Source: the human T2T-CHM13v2.0 reference genome, Homo sapiens
Direction: 5' to 3' (one strand)
Length of the DNA stretch: 64,000 nt
NCBI RefSeq assembly: GCF_009914755.1
Contig: NC_060941.1
Shown here: in pieces, positions 1 to 30,231 of the stretch
Numbering within the stretch: position 1 is the first letter of the stretch
Layout of the letters: every line of letters begins with the position of its first letter
Notes under the pieces: model-generated
What the model saw: the letters and a program-made list of their open reading frames with translations, nothing else
What the model was told of the DNA's origin: nothing
Databases searched by the model: none
Translations under genes and position numbers: made by a program

Positions 1-2750
<2,750 letters not shown>

Positions 2751-2770
2751 GCTGTAAAAATTCTAATTAT

Positions 2771-3066
2771 CGCCAGGTGCGGTGGCTCACGCCTGTAATC
2801 CTAGCACTTTGGGAGGCCGAGGTAGGCGGATCACTTGAGGTCAGGAGTTTGAGACCAGTCTGACCAACATGGTGAAACCTCATCTCTACTAAAAATACAA
2901 AAAGTAGCTGGGCGTTGTGGCGCAAGCCTGTAATCCCGCTACTCGGTAGGCTGAGGCAGGAGAATGGCTTGAACCTGAGGGGCGGAGGTTGCAGTGAGCC
3001 AAGACTGCACCACTGCACTCCAGCCTGGGTGACAGTGAGACTCCAACTCAAAAAAAAAAAAAAAAA
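2771..3066 (+). mobile_element. AluS
   Basis: Full dimer with poly(A). Confidence 0.95.
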
Positions 3067-3552
3067 GTCCTAACCATGGGTCTATTTTGAGCCGTGACTC
3101 CAGCAGGTATAACTCTTCCCTCCAGCAGTGCTTCCAACCCCCTCGTCATTCTCACTGTGGCACAAAACGAATGATTCAACCAGCAAACCATCTGCTAGAG
3201 TCACAGAGAGCTGCAGCAACCCCCAGCTTTGTGGGGTTAACAAGCAAACCCTGAGAGCCATCTCCACCAGCAACAAGGGTCCCGTGTTAGGGGCAGACGT
3301 CCCTGAGCAGTCAGGGGAAACCTTGCACTTATCCAAGAGCACAAATAGGACCAAAGCCCCCAACACGCCATAAGGGCCATCAGCAGCATCATCGCGAGGA
3401 GGGACTGCAGAGTAGAACCCATCGTGTGGCCTCTAGAGTCCATAGTACATGGCTGGGTAGAGCAAACTGCTCACAGTTCTGGGGCACATTCTACATCTCA
3501 CATGCCACCAGCTCCTCCCCTATGCTTTCCTGATTTTCTCATCACACGTTGA

Positions 3553-4249
<697 letters not shown>

Positions 4250-4721
4250 TCTTTGTGTACTTTTGTCTCTTCCACCCTAACTACTAAACTCCCAAGCTTG
4301 TTAGGACAGTGATCACAAGCCCTGGAGCATGGGAGAAGGAGATTACTAAGTATCCGTGGACTCCAATGCAGGGAGATTTCTTCCATGGCAGGATAGGGGA
4401 GGAACCATAGCCTAGTCTTGGTACTTTCCAGGGTGACTCTCAGGGTGGCTTACACACACACACACACACACTCACCCACACTCACACACTCTTTCTCTCA
4501 CTCTCTCTTAAGAAATGCTGCTGATTGATAGGTTTAGCCTCTGAAGGGAGTATCTTCTCTTCCCTACTATTCCAGCACAGAATAGAATTTTGAACCAAAT
4601 GGGAATCTGAACTACAAGAATCTAATCAAAATTTTAAAACCTGAGTGTTAGGTTCTTGGCACATCTGAAAGCACCTAGCTTAATGTCTGAGACATAGGTA
4701 TGTTCAGAAATGTGAATCTTA

Positions 4722-5190
<469 letters not shown>

Positions 5191-5476
5191 TGATGTTACT
5201 TAGGGGTAACATGCAGAATAGCTTGTTCCACGGGGCAAGGTGGACAGATCCTTGTGATTAAGGGGCTGCCCAGTGGGCATTCCTGGACTCAGCAGACAAT
5301 GACTATGCCCCACCCACCACGTTATGCTAAAATGCCACAAGACATCCGAAGAAATGCTTTCTTCCTTTGGGGGTAATGCAAATATTGCCATTTTTCTGTT
5401 TCAAAGAACAACAAGACATTTTCTTGGTAATCTCTCACCTAAAGATATTATTTTGAGGGGGTTAAGAATGTCTTTA

Positions 5477-5982
<506 letters not shown>

Positions 5983-6397
5983 TTAGGGAGAAGGGGGAGA
6001 TGCAACAAGAGTGGCCCTGTGTTGATGGTTATTGTAACTTGGTGGCAGATATGTGGTGATTCATGGTACTAGTTTGTAGAACTTTTGTGTATATTAGAAA
6101 TTTGCCATAACAGAAATTTTGTTTGTTTTTTTAGAGCACAGATTTTAGAGCAGAACAGACCTGGGTTCAAATTCCCTCTGGGTTCAAATTCCTGCTGTTT
6201 TGTCTGGGCAACCTTCCTATTTAAGTCTTCTGAACCCTGTTTCCGCGTTTGGAAAACACTCATAAGAATAATTCTCAGTTCACAAATTTGTTGCAAGTAT
6301 ACAAAGCACTTAAGGCATAGCCTGGAACATGATTGGCAATCAATAATCCTACGATAGCTTTACTTGAGCCTGACCATGCTAGCTATATAAACTGTAC

Positions 6398-6790
6398 AGC
6401 TATGGTTTGAATGTCCCCTCCAAAACTCATGTTGAAATTTAATTGCCATTGTGATGGTTCTAAGAAGTAGGATTATTAAGAGGTGATTAGGTCATGAGGA
6501 CTCCACCCTTATGAATAGGTTAATGTTGTTATTGCAGAAGTGGGTTTGCTATTGAGAGGGCAGGTTGTTATAAAAGCGAATTTGGCCCTCTCTTGCTTGC
6601 TCCTTCTCATGCTCTCTTGCCCTTCTGCCTTTCACTATGGGATGAAGCTGCATAAAGGACCTCACCAGATGCTGGTGTCATGCTCTTGGACTTCCCAGCC
6701 TCCAGAACTGTGAGCTAAGTACACATCTATTCCTAGTAAATTTCCCAGCATGTGGTATTCAGTTATAGTAGCATAAAACAGATGAAGACA
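6398..6790. mobile_element. MaLR solo LTR (MST-type)
   Basis: gctatggtttgaatgtcccctccaaaactcatgttgaaa ... cttggacttcccagcctccagaactgtgag ... gatgaagaca. Confidence 0.88.
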
Positions 6791-6899
6791 ACGACTTTTG
6801 GGATCAGCCTGCAATCATGGTTACTGGCAGAAGGCTGGCCTGAGGTACAAGTACAAATTATATACTTCAGACCCTTTACTGAAACTCCTGGAGGGCATT

Positions 6900-7220
6900 T
6901 ATTTTATTATTATTACCTTATTTATTTTTTAGAGACAGGATATCACTCTGTCACCCAGGCTGGAATGCAGTGGCACAATCATGGTTCATTACAGCCTCAA
7001 CCTTCTGGGCTCAAGTGATCCTCCTGACTTAGCCTCCAAGTAGCTGGGACTTCAAGTGCATCCCACCATGCTCAGCTAATTTTTAGCTTTTGCAGAGACT
7101 GGGGGGTGGGTCTCTCTATGTTGCTCAGGCAGGTCTTGAACTCCTGGCCTCAAGCCATTCTCTCATCTTGGCATCCTAGTGCTGGTATTATAGCTGTTTT
7201 GAGCCACCATGCCTGGCCTC
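6900..7220 (-). mobile_element. AluJ
   Basis: Diverged reverse Alu. Confidence 0.9.
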
Positions 7221-8134
7221 TTTTATTATTTTTCAATGTGGAAAGTAGAGATGAGAGAGGACAGGGGCAATGGTGGGGTTTGTTCCTGGGTTCACAGCTC
7301 TGCTGTCACTGTGAGGGAGCTACAGAGGTGGGGAGGGGCAGACCAGGAAAGCAGACCCCTGAAATACAATGTCATTTGCAGATCCAGCCTCTTGTTTTCC
7401 ATCCTGGACATTCTTCCATTACCAGGCAGCCAACACTTCCCAGGCTGTCCTGGGACTCGCAGTTCTGTCTACCTGGGCACAGTTTCAGGCTCCAGCTGGC
7501 AAGGCAGCCCCATCACTTTCTGCAGAGGAGCATGTGCTGGAATAGGAGACAGTGAGATCACAGGAATTCATTAGCATCCCATATTCATTTTCTTTTCCTT
7601 TCTAGGCCTTCTCCCCAACCCTCTACCCGACACCCACCTCAGTCATTTTTTTTTTTTCCCTTAGAGTAGCTGGGGGAATCTGTCAAAGCCAGTTCAGGAG
7701 CTTGCCTTTTCTGGTGTCTTTTCTAAAACTACGGCATTCAGCCCTCACCAGATGGGAACCTATCAGCTCAGCAGGCAGATAATTATTCTTTCAAGGGTGG
7801 GAGGCCCTACCATGAATGGAAATTCAGGCATTTCTGCAGCTGAGGCCCCAAAGCCCCATCATGGAAGCAGTGCACATACAGCAGACAAGCTTTACCTGGG
7901 CAAGTCTGCAGGAAGTGCTGGTCAGTGGAGGTGCGAGGAGTGAGATATAGGATGGATTCGTGTTCCCTTCCCCATGAAGCAGTGTGGAACCCACTGGACC
8001 CACTCCTGAAGTCTCTCCTTAGGGACCAGTGCAAGCCAGCCCAGTTTTGGTCTGGCTGAAGGGGGTCACCTCCTCTGTGAGGATCCAGAACTCAAGATCA
8101 GATATTAGGATGCACAGATTTCTCCTCATTTGAT

Positions 8135-8430
8135 GGAGGAAAATTCTAATAACCAGCTGCCAACAGTGGAGCATGCTGCCAGGAAGGTAATGAGCTCCCT
8201 GTTGTTGGAAGTATTCAAGCAGATGCTGGCTGGCCACCTTCCAAGGATATTGCAAAAAGAAGACCTGACATGAATGAGAGTTTGCCTCTTATGTCCTCCA
8301 AAGTCTCTTTACCTTTATTGGTTCTCATGGTGTAAAGGGTGAACTTGGAGTCACCATAGGCCCAGGGTTCAAGTCCTGGCTGTACAGCTAGCTGGCTAGA
8401 TGGCCTTGGGCAAGACACTTAATTTCTTTA
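8135..8430. mobile_element. CR1/L3-like fragment (8135-8300) and MIR fragment (8325-8430)
   Basis: gtaatgagctccctgttgttggaagtattcaagcagatgctgg; gggttcaagtcctggctgtac...ggccttgggcaagacacttaa. Confidence 0.6.
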
Positions 8431-8495
8431 TGAAATTATATAGGTATATTTTATTTTTCTGATAATGGGTGATAATTATAAAAAAAAAATTTATT

Positions 8496-8806
<311 letters not shown>

Positions 8807-8834
8807 CTATCCTAATATGTACAGTTTTAATGTA

Positions 8835-10470
8835 TCTTTTTTAATTTTTAATTTTTGTGGGTACATTTTTAAATTTTGTGGGTAATTTTCTGGGTACATA
8901 TATACAGTAGGTGTATATATCGGGTACATGAGATATTTTGATACAGGTATATAATGTGTAATAATCACATTAGGGTAAGTGGGGTATCCATCACCTCAAG
9001 CATTTATTCTTTGTGTTACAAATAACCCAGATACACTCTTTTAGTTATTTTATTTTATTTTTTTTGAGACAGGATCTTTCTCTGTCACCCAGGCTAGAGG
9101 GCAGCGATGTGATCACAGATCTCTGCAGCCTTGACCTTGCTCAAGCAATCCTCTTACCTCAGCCTCCAGAGTATCTAGGACCACAGGCGCCTGTCACCAT
9201 GTCTGGCTAATTTTTGTATTTTTTGTACAGTTGAGGTTTCACCATGACGCCCAGGCTGGTCTTGAACTCCCACGTTCAAGCAATCCTCCTGCCTTGGCCT
9301 CCCAAAGTGCTGGGATTACAGGCGTGAGCCACCATGCCCAGCCTTCTTTAATTATTTTAAAATGTACAGTTAAATTATTATTGACTATAAGTCATCCTGT
9401 TGTGCTATCAAATAAAGATCTTATTCATTCTTTAACTATTTTTTTGTACCCATTAATTATCTCTGATAGGATAGGAGGCAGGGAAATTCTGGGCAGAAGA
9501 GGGCAGGTCCCTGGTGAGGGCCCCGTCCTCAAGCCTGGAACTGCAGTGCAAAGTGAGAACATGCATTCCTGTTTTCCTGCTCAAATGTTGCCTTTATAAA
9601 ACCACCCATGGCCCACCCTGCCCCCTATCCTGTGGCCATAAACACCTAGGCTCTGCCAGCAGAGAAGAGGAGAAAAGAGGAGAAAAGGAGAAGCAGCGGG
9701 ATGTCTGAGACTATGAGTTGGATGTTACAGAGAAGTAGCTTGACTTCAGAGGGACAGCTTGACAGCATTGCTTCGGAGATGAGTGCAGTGGGGGATGGCT
9801 GGACTCCAGGGGAAGGTTATCTTCCCACTCCATCCCCATTTCAGCTCCCCTTCCCACTGAGAGCCACTTTCATTGGCAATTAAATCCCCCCAACTTACTA
9901 TCTCCAATTCTTTTGTGTGACCTCATTCCTCCTGGATGCCAGACAAGAACTCAGGTGCGAGTACAAAAGACACTGACCCCCCACTGAGCTGTTAACACTT
10001 AAGCTGTCCGTGGATGGCTAAGCTAAAAGAGCGCTGACTGTAACTCTTTCTGGGGCTTCAGGGGTCATGGGCATCTCCCTAGAGGCTACCGCAGGACTGC
10101 TCAGAGTTTTGCTTCTCCTGGCACCCAAAAGCGCTCGCCCCGACTGCTGCACTCACTCACCTGTGCTTCCCCTCCTGCAAGGCGGGGGACAAAGCAGGAC
10201 TGAGTGAGTGGAGTCTGTCCTTGCCAGCACCGGCACCCTAGCGGCCGGCTAGTTCTAGTGCCCATGCACTCCGGTTCCCACCGGTGAAGGGGTTGGGGAC
10301 ATTTCCTGCTTCATCCTCACTTCCCACCCACCCCTGACTGCCCTTCCCAGCCTCTGGTAACCCTCAGGCTACTTTTTATCTCCATGAGTTCAATTGTTTT
10401 AAAATTTTTAGATCCCACAAATAAGTGGGAACATGTAAAGTTTGTCTTTCCTGGCTTATTTCACTTATCC
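8835..10470 (-). mobile_element. L1 3'-end fragment (L1MA-like) split by an AluJ (~9050-9343) and an LTR
   Basis: gggtacatgagatattttgatacagg...ggggtatccatcacctcaagcatt, resuming at 10314 with cccttcccagcctctggtaacc...tttagatcccacaaataagtg. Confidence 0.85.
9464..10313 (+). mobile_element. ERV1 solo LTR (LTR1/LTR28/MER52 group)
   Basis: TG...CA termini (tgataggataggaggcagggaaattctggg ... tttcctgcttca), inserted into the L1. Confidence 0.8.
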
Positions 10471-10503
10471 TTTTTAATAGCTATGTGCCTAAGTCCTTTA
10501 AAC

Positions 10504-10841
10504 CAGTGGTCCCCAACCTTTTTAGCACCAGGAACTGATTTTGTGGAAGACAGTTCTTCCAAGAACTGGATTGCCGTGTATGGCTTTGGGATGAAACTGT
10601 TCCACCTTAGATCATCAGGCATTAGATTCTCATAAGGAGTGTGCAACCTGGATCCCTGGCATGCACAGTTCACAATAGGGTTTGTGCTCCTATGAGAATC
10701 CAATGCTGCCACTGATCTGACAGGAGGCGGAGCTCAGGCAGTAATGCTCCCTTGGCTGCCACTCACCTCCTGCTGTGTGGCTCGGTTCCTAACAGGCCGT
10801 GAACTCGTGCAGGTCTGTGGTCCAGCAGTTGGTGATCTCTG
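10504..10841 (+). mobile_element. MER1B (hAT-Charlie MITE)
   Basis: Starts cagtggtccccaacctttt; perfect 8-bp TSD CTTTAAAC at 10496-10503 and 10842-10849. Confidence 0.92.
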
Positions 10842-10968
10842 CTTTAAACCATGGCTTCCTCACCTGTAAAATGAAATAATAATGAAATTGTGAAGATTAC
10901 ATAAATATTAAATAATGAAACACACATAACACGCTTAGCGTTTAGTTAAGCATCTAAAACATGTTGAT

Positions 10969-11273
10969 AGGCCGGGTGCGGGGGCTCATGCCTGTAATCC
11001 CAGAACTTTGGGAGGCCGAGGCGGGCAGATCAGTTGAGGTTAGGAATTCAAGATCAGCCTGGTCAGCATGGTGAAACCTCACCTCTACTACAAAATACAA
11101 AAATTAGCCAGGCCTGGTGGTACATGCCTGTAATCTCAGCTACTCAGGAGGCTGAGGCAGGAGAATTGCTTGAACCTGGAAGGTGGAGGTTGCCGTGAGC
11201 CAAGATCGCACCACTGTATTCCAGCCTGGGTGACAGAGTGAGACCCTGTCTCAAAAAAAAAAAAAAAAAAAAG
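10969..11273 (+). mobile_element. AluS
   Basis: Full dimer. Confidence 0.95.
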
Positions 11274-11329
11274 TCATTGATCATTATTTGAAAACAGCCC
11301 TGACTCCTAGAAGTATGAGGTAAGTCTCA

Positions 11330-11910
<581 letters not shown>

Positions 11911-11971
11911 TAAATCTTCTATCTTCGCTCTCCTTTGATTTACTGTAACTCTGACAGTGTAGTCTGTGTGG

Positions 11972-14760
<2,789 letters not shown>

Positions 14761-14835
14761 GAGAGTTTGAGCTGGGAACCGTGGATATTACCTAATCTAC
14801 ATCATGACACCACATCCTGCTTACCCATGGATTAG

Positions 14836-15182
<347 letters not shown>

Positions 15183-15598
15183 CTTGTGATTTCATCTTGC
15201 CTCACTGACTCCACAGTAAGCACTGTAAGTGCGACTAGTTCTTGTTTTCTGTATTTTCAGAACTGCTTTCCTGGGCCCAGGATAAGTGCCCAAGAAGCGT
15301 GTTTGGACTGACATCCTTGGGAATCCAACAATGGTTAAAGATAACCACTTCCTTTCTACCTGCTGATGTGGAGCACATATGAGGCGCTAAGCACCGCCTG
15401 CACCAGGCGAGCCATTCAGTAAATGTTAGCTCTTATTGTTCTCTTATTGGTGGTGGGCAGAGTTGAAGTTCTGATGAGATCTTCTCAGAAGGGTTACATT
15501 GCAGGGGGGCCTTGGAAAATCATTCAGGGCTCTGAGATTCAGTTTCCTTCATCCCTGAAATGGGATGCGAATTCCCCCCTTGCCAACCTCAAAGAACT

Positions 15599-16005
<407 letters not shown>

Positions 16006-16906
16006 ATTTTTTGTATTTTAATATGATGATCAGATGAGATATTCTGAGAAAGTGTTTAGAAAACTAAGGGGATCCATCAATCTAAAGTATCATTAAACTT
16101 GCACTGAGCTCAGCATCATGCTTGGGCTTGGGCAGGGGGAGAGACCGCAGCGGGTGCCGGGACGGCCCCATCTCTGCATGCGCTCTGCTTGCCCTGCCTT
16201 TAAGACTTGAACGTGTGAAAGTGCCTTGAAAGCTGTAAAGTCCTATCCAAGGGATCCTTTTATGATGAGCAGGGGTGGAGGCGGGAGTGGGAGTATCAGC
16301 TATGCCAGACTGACGAGGAGCTTTGTTTTACTAGAGTGCAGGAAATACAACTGGTGCAAGAGACCTGCATTCATCCAGGTTCTTGTAATTGCTGGGTGTC
16401 AAATCCACACAGTTGCTTGAAAAGAAGAAACCAAGATGGAAGTAACAGAAACCACAGAGGTGGTTATGTCTTTTAATAATCAGACCCAAGGAGGAGAACT
16501 GAGAGAAAGCTTGAAGGAAACCTGCAGGAGCTTGTCTGCTTCTCTAAGGTCTCAAAGGCAGAACTACTTCCTCAAAAGGCCTTTTGGTAAATCACCATAA
16601 ACAAAGGAAAGCGGAAATTCCTTTAAGCTTTTTGGTGCTTGATTCTAATCCACCCTGAGCCATGGTCCCAGGCCTCCTACGCTCCTTGCTCCTCCGATGT
16701 TTATATGACAGAAAGTTATTTTCCCCAGAAACTGACAATCTGGATTGCAAAGACCAGGCCAGGAAGGAATTTATTCCAGAAACACTTGCAGTGTCTGGCA
16801 CTTTGCTCCCCATTTCCTCATTTTGTGTTGTTTGTTTATGCAGTGGAACTGCCTATGAGTCATATATTTGGGTGCTGAGGATGAAGAGTTAATTTGGATG
16901 AAGAGT

Positions 16907-18868
<1,962 letters not shown>

Positions 18869-18869
18869 T

Positions 18870-19190
18870 TGATAGCGGCAGGAGGCAGACAGATCCTAGG
18901 CAGACAGGGGTGGGTCCCCAATGAAAGCTGACCTCCAAACCAGACAGTTTAAAGGCTGAAAGCCAAGCTACAAGTCTTGGATAAATCCGTGGACAGATTG
19001 AGAACCTCTCTTTCTGTTTGGCACGCTTTCCTCTGATCGATCCCTGCCTTTAACCTATTTTACATATGCCTACTCTTCCCTGTTTTTTTACGCTGTGCCC
19101 ATCTTTAAGTGGTGCCTTTTTTTTTCAGCCTTTTTGGCATACTCACAAACCAGTCAGCACACACTCTCCCATTCTGAACCCATAAAAATC
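18870..19190 (+). mobile_element. 3'-truncated ERV1 LTR (MER52-like)
   Basis: Starts tgatagcggcaggaggcagacagatcctaggcagacaggg and stops abruptly after cccataaaaatcc. Confidence 0.7.
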
Positions 19191-20662
19191 CTCTTCAGTC
19201 CTGGTTCCACTTCCTGTAACTGAAACAATTACCTGCGAGGTATTATTTAACTTTTGGACTATGATGTTTCTAACCTGTGACCATTTCACATAGCCATTCA
19301 AATATAAAGGTACGGTAAAGATTATGAAACGGGTTGGGTGCAGTGGCTCATGCCTGTATTCCCAGCACTTTGGGAGGCCGAGGTGGGTGGATCATGAGGT
19401 CAGGAGTTCGAGACCAGCCTGAGCAACATGGTGAAACCTCGTCTCTACTAAAAATACAAAAATTAGCCAGGCGTGGTGGTGCGTGCTGTAATCCCAGCTA
19501 CTCAGGAGGCTAAGGCAGGAGAATTACTTGAACCTGGGAGGCAGAGGTTGCAGTGAGCTAAGATCGTGCCACTGTACTCCAGCCTGGGCAACAGAGCGAG
19601 ATTCCATCTCAAAAAAAAAAAAATGAAACAGTTACTTGGTATCATTTTGTAAGTAATGAGTTTTTAGTGCTCTTTGGACATTGAGACCATTTCATAAGAT
19701 TTAGGTTTTGAGAATTTCACAGCATAAAGCCCATCACTGATGCAGCAATGAAGGAAATGTTCTACAACTCAACAGACAGGTGAGAGGAGAAATGTAATTC
19801 ATATTAGATTTATTTATTTACTGAACTTAGAGCCTGGGGTTACTACTCGACCCCCACTGTTATCTAGTTTAAGTGTTCTTTTCTACTTTAGCACATACAC
19901 CTAGTTTCTGTGTTTTTTGCCTTTTATAAATACAGAAAAGAGAATAATGTTTTAAAATAAAATCAAGGAAAGGCCTAAGGCACCTGAGAGGGTTTTGTTT
20001 TTGTTTTTGTTTTTTTTTTTTCAGTGAAATGAAGGGAAATTGTTGCCAGCAAGAACTGTGGCAAGGTTATCCAAGGTGACAAATGTCTGTACCACCCAGC
20101 AGCTCCGAGTCCTTCTGAAGCATCCTGGTTGTCCAGAAAGACTCCACCGTGACTCATGATACCGGCCAGTCTTCCCGGTAGCACTCAACATTCGAAAATT
20201 AGTCTTCATTTCTCCTTCCCAACATGCATTTCTCCTTCTCTTCAGTTGGAGAAAGTAATTTAATTTTTTTTTTTATAGAGTCTCGCTCTGTTGCCCAGGC
20301 TGGAGTGCAGTGGCGCAATCTTGGCTCACTGCAAGCTTCGCCTTCTGGGTTCACGCCATTCTCCCGCCTCAGCCTCCTGAGTAGCTGGGACTACAGGTGC
20401 CCGCCACCACACCCGGCTAATTTTTTTTTTTTTGTATTTTTAGTAGAGACGGGGTTTCACCGTGTTAGCCAGGATAGTCTCGATCTCTTGACCTCGTGAT
20501 CCGCCCGCCTCGGCCTCCCAAAGTGCTGGGATTACAGGTGTGAGCCACCGTGCCCAGCCTTACATCACCAATTCTTTCTTATATGTCTATTTTTTAAGTG
20601 TAGTATATGATTATATTCATGAAATTCAAATGATACAAATGAAGTCAAATCTATTTGTATTA

Positions 20663-20914
<252 letters not shown>

Positions 20915-21225
20915 TCAGTAGATACTTGCATTCCCAAATAAGCTTATAAATGCAGATGAACCTCTAGTTGTTTTAGTTGCTTGTAAAATTCATAGAGGTA
21001 CGTGTATTTCTTCATTTAACACGGGTTAGTCACTTGGGGAGGGGGATGGGTGTTGGGTTCTTTTTACCTGTTCTTCAGGTCACATACTCAAGCAGGAGCT
21101 ACTGAATGGGAAGACTGAAACAATTTCTTTTCTTTGCACACTTGGTATTGATAAATGTCAGGTGTATGCAAAATAAAATCTCTGGCAGGTTGTGATATTT
21201 ATGGGTCTATCTCTTGTGACTGTAG

Positions 21226-21348
21226 TTTCGTCTCGGCACCAGACATAAGGCAGTTCAATGTCAGGCCATTGCCCTAAACAGTTCCCGATGCCAAGAACTG
21301 ACAAATTGCTACTTTGGTTTCAATGGATGGTCAAAAGGGATCATCAGG
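21226..21348 (+). pseudogene. RDM1 exon 3 copy (FRLGTRHKAVQCQAIALNSSRCQELTNCYFGFNGWSKGIIR)
   Basis: Acceptor gactgtag; 123 nt open. Matches recalled RDM1 VRLGTRHKAVQHQALALNSSKCQELANYYFGFNGCSKRIIK. The donor reads GC (gcaaac) rather than GT. Confidence 0.88.
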
Positions 21349-21490
21349 GCAAACCTTGTAGATTTTCTTTCACCAACCCTATTCTCCTTTCAACATTGAA
21401 ATCCTAGACTTTAGACAGAAATATTGAACTGGGTTGTAGTGAGGAGATATGAGAGGCCTCCTGCCATTGAGGATAAGTGGATATGTCTGA

Positions 21491-21922
<432 letters not shown>

Positions 21923-22698
21923 TAGTAGAGACGGGGTTTCACCATGTTGGTCAGGCTGGTCTCGAACTCCTGACCTCAGGTGATCCTGCCGCCTCAGCCT
22001 CCCAAAGTGCTGGTATTACAGGCGTGAGCTGCCGCGCAGGCCGTAAGTATGATTCTTATACAATAATCAGCGGCTTTGCTGTGAACCTTGGAAGTGGTCA
22101 TGCTATTGAATGGCATTGTTTGTATTCCCCATTCACTTCTACAGTGGCACAAATGTTATAGGCTGTGCCTAAAGGAAACCTGATGATTAACAAAGAGTCC
22201 CTGAACAGAGTTGCTCCTGCTTCACAGTGCTGAAGGCTTAGAGACTGAGAGATCCTAATTAAGTTACCACAGACCTTTATTTGCTTGTAAGAGACGGCCC
22301 TGATTGCTCTCAGCTTTCCAACCTGGGCAGCCCTGCTAGTGAAAGTATTACTTCCTTGGTCATCAACTGTCAAGTCTGAGTAACAACCTTTAAGAACCAA
22401 ACTGAATGTGTGGGTTGTTTACCTCTCCCTCATACTCGAAGGTATCCCTTGCACACCTTCAAAACCTCTTAGACCAAAAGCCTTATGGCTCTAGTTTGCC
22501 TGGAAGGAAGTTGTATTGTCTATAGAGTATGTGTGCCAGTTTCTGCAATAAAATGTTCAAATGTTCTCTCTCTCTGAAACTTTGTTCATTGTATCTGGTG
22601 GAATTTTGGTTCTCAGGGAGTAGACACCTGGCCCTTGCTTCTAATGTGAAGTGTCTACCAGCCCAGTGGTCTCTATTCCAGATTTGAACTTACTTTGA

Positions 22699-22935
<237 letters not shown>

Positions 22936-23787
22936 TGACCAGGCTGGTCTTGAACTCCTGACCTCAGGTGATCCGCCTGCCTCGGCCTCGAAAAGTGCTA
23001 GGATTACAGGCGTGAACCACCACGCCTGGCCACCATTTAATCATATTATGATTGAACATTTTCGTTTCCACAGTTTTGTATTTCTTATGTTATTATTCCT
23101 TAGTTCCTATCTGTAAGATCATAAAGTCCTTTGAACCAAACACAGTTAATATTTTATACATATGTTAAAAACTGAGGGCTGGGTGTGGTGGCTCACGCCT
23201 GTAATCCAAGCACTTTGGGAGGCCGAGGCAGGTGGATCATGAGGTCAGGAGATCGAGACCATCCTAGCTAACACTGTGAAACCCCATCTCTACTAAAAAT
23301 ACAAAAAATTAGCCAGGCGTGGTGGCAGGCACCTGTAGTCCCAGCTGAGGCAGGCAGGAGAATGGCGTGAACCCAGGAGGCAGAGCTTGCAGTGAGCCGA
23401 GATCGCGCCACTGCACTCCAGCCCCAGCCCGGGTGACAGAGTGAGACTCCGTCTCAAAACAAACAAACAAAAAACAAAACAAAACAAAACAAAAAAACTG
23501 AGGTGTGAGCCCGGACATGGGGACTCACACCTGTAATCTCAGCACTTTGGGAGGCCAAGGCAGGAGGATCACTTGAAGCCAGGAGTTTGAGACCAGCCTG
23601 GGCAACAAAGCGAGACCATGTCTTAAAAAAAAAAAATTACCCAGGCACAGTGGTGTGTACCTGTAGTCCCAGCTACTCTGGAGGCTCAGGCAGGAGGATC
23701 ACTTGAGCCCAGGAATTCCAGGCAGCAGTGAGCTATGATAGTGCCACTGAACTCTAGCCTGGGTAACAGAGTGAGCCCCTATAAAAA

Positions 23788-23862
23788 GAAGGAAGGAAGG
23801 AAGGGAAGGAAGGAAGGAAGGAAGGAAGGAAGGAAGGAAGGAAGGAAGGAAGGAAGGAAGGA
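23788..23862 (+). repeat. (GGAA)n microsatellite from an Alu tail
   Basis: Seen directly. Confidence 0.95.
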
Positions 23863-23972
23863 AAACAAGTGTGAGATGAGGAGATGAGGAAACTTTCAGA
23901 AAAATGCTCTTATTTTCTGCTTTTAGAAACCAAAAGATGAAATGGTAAGGCATCAGGTGGGAATCAAAGTAA

Positions 23973-24353
<381 letters not shown>

Positions 24354-24500
24354 TAGTCTCGAACTCCCGACCTCAGGTGATCTGCCTGCCTCGGCCACCC
24401 AAAGTGCTGGGATTATAGGCATGAGCCACCGCGCCCGGCCTGTGCAGGAAGTTTTAGAACGAAAAAGATTCTGAATTGATCCTTGCTAACTTTATTTCAG

Positions 24501-24586
24501 AAAGTGGTAAAATAGCTGTGAAGTACAGACCCAGTGAAGAGATTGTAGGTGTCAGATGTAAAGAAGAACTACACGGTTTAATTCAA
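24501..24586 (+). pseudogene. RDM1 late exon copy (exon 6: ESGKIAVKYRPSEEIVGVRCKEELHGLIQ)
   Basis: Bounded by ttatttcag and gtatgt; matches recalled RDM1 ESGKIAVEYRPSEDIVGVRCEEELHGLIQ. Exon numbering is from memory. Confidence 0.88.
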
Positions 24587-24803
24587 GTATGTGGAGATAA
24601 AAACTCACTGGTAACATAACCAGCGTAAACATAATTCAAAACAAGCAGCAGAATTTGGAGGATAATTTGTTTCATTCTCAGGAAAATGTGAAACTCTGAA
24701 ACTGCTTTTGAGTGCAGGGTATTTCTGGGGCTTTTCCTGAAGTCTTGACCCATGTCTCTGACCCCTTATTTGAAGTTTGGAGAGCAGAACTGAGGACGGT
24801 TAG

Positions 24804-25690
<887 letters not shown>

Positions 25691-25731
25691 TAAATACTTT
25701 ACTTGTTCCACCTCTAGATAGTCAGAATTCA

Positions 25732-26419
<688 letters not shown>

Positions 26420-26788
26420 TCACTGAAGAGGCAGAACCTTCTTCAACCCAGCAGGAGGCCCCAGCTCTGCCTTGAGGGGGTCCACTCTTCTTCAACAGAG
26501 CAGGAGGCCCCAGCACAGCAACTACCTGCCTCTGAAGAGATTGTAGCTCTGCCATTGATACATCATGAGGTAAATGTTCCATTGAAAAGTTGGAGTGAAG
26601 CTCAGCACTCACACTTGCGCAGTGTCACAGTCAAACCTGTGGATGTGGAGCTTGCGCTAACTCCAGAGCCAGAAGGAACTTATGTCAAGCCAGGAACAGG
26701 CCTCTGCTCAGCCTCCAGAGCGCGCCAAAGAGGTGGGCTCTTCCTCAACCCAATTAGAGGCCCCAGCTCAGACACCAGAGCGCCCTGA

Positions 26789-29042
<2,254 letters not shown>

Positions 29043-29196
29043 TGAGGTGACAATTCCAACACCAGGTCAGGATCAAGCTCAGCATTCAACACTGTCCAGT
29101 GTCACAGTTCAGCCTTTGGGCCTGGGGCTTACCATCACTCCAGAATCCATGACAGAGGTTGAACTTTCTCCAACCATTCAGGAGACCCCAACTTAG

Positions 29197-30231
<1,035 letters not shown>

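Noticed and set aside
3082-3443. Overlapping short ORFs in apparently unique sequence
   Set aside because: No recognisable protein similarity or splice structure; a gene or processed pseudogene cannot be supported without a search.
16130-16200. Small CpG-rich patch
   Set aside because: Too short for a CpG island and no associated transcript structure can be supported.
21079-21161. Exon-like segment bounded by ttcttcag and gtgtat (also an acceptor near 20023 and a donor near 19780)
   Set aside because: Weak donor and only a 64-nt gap to the next acceptor; no coding or other support.
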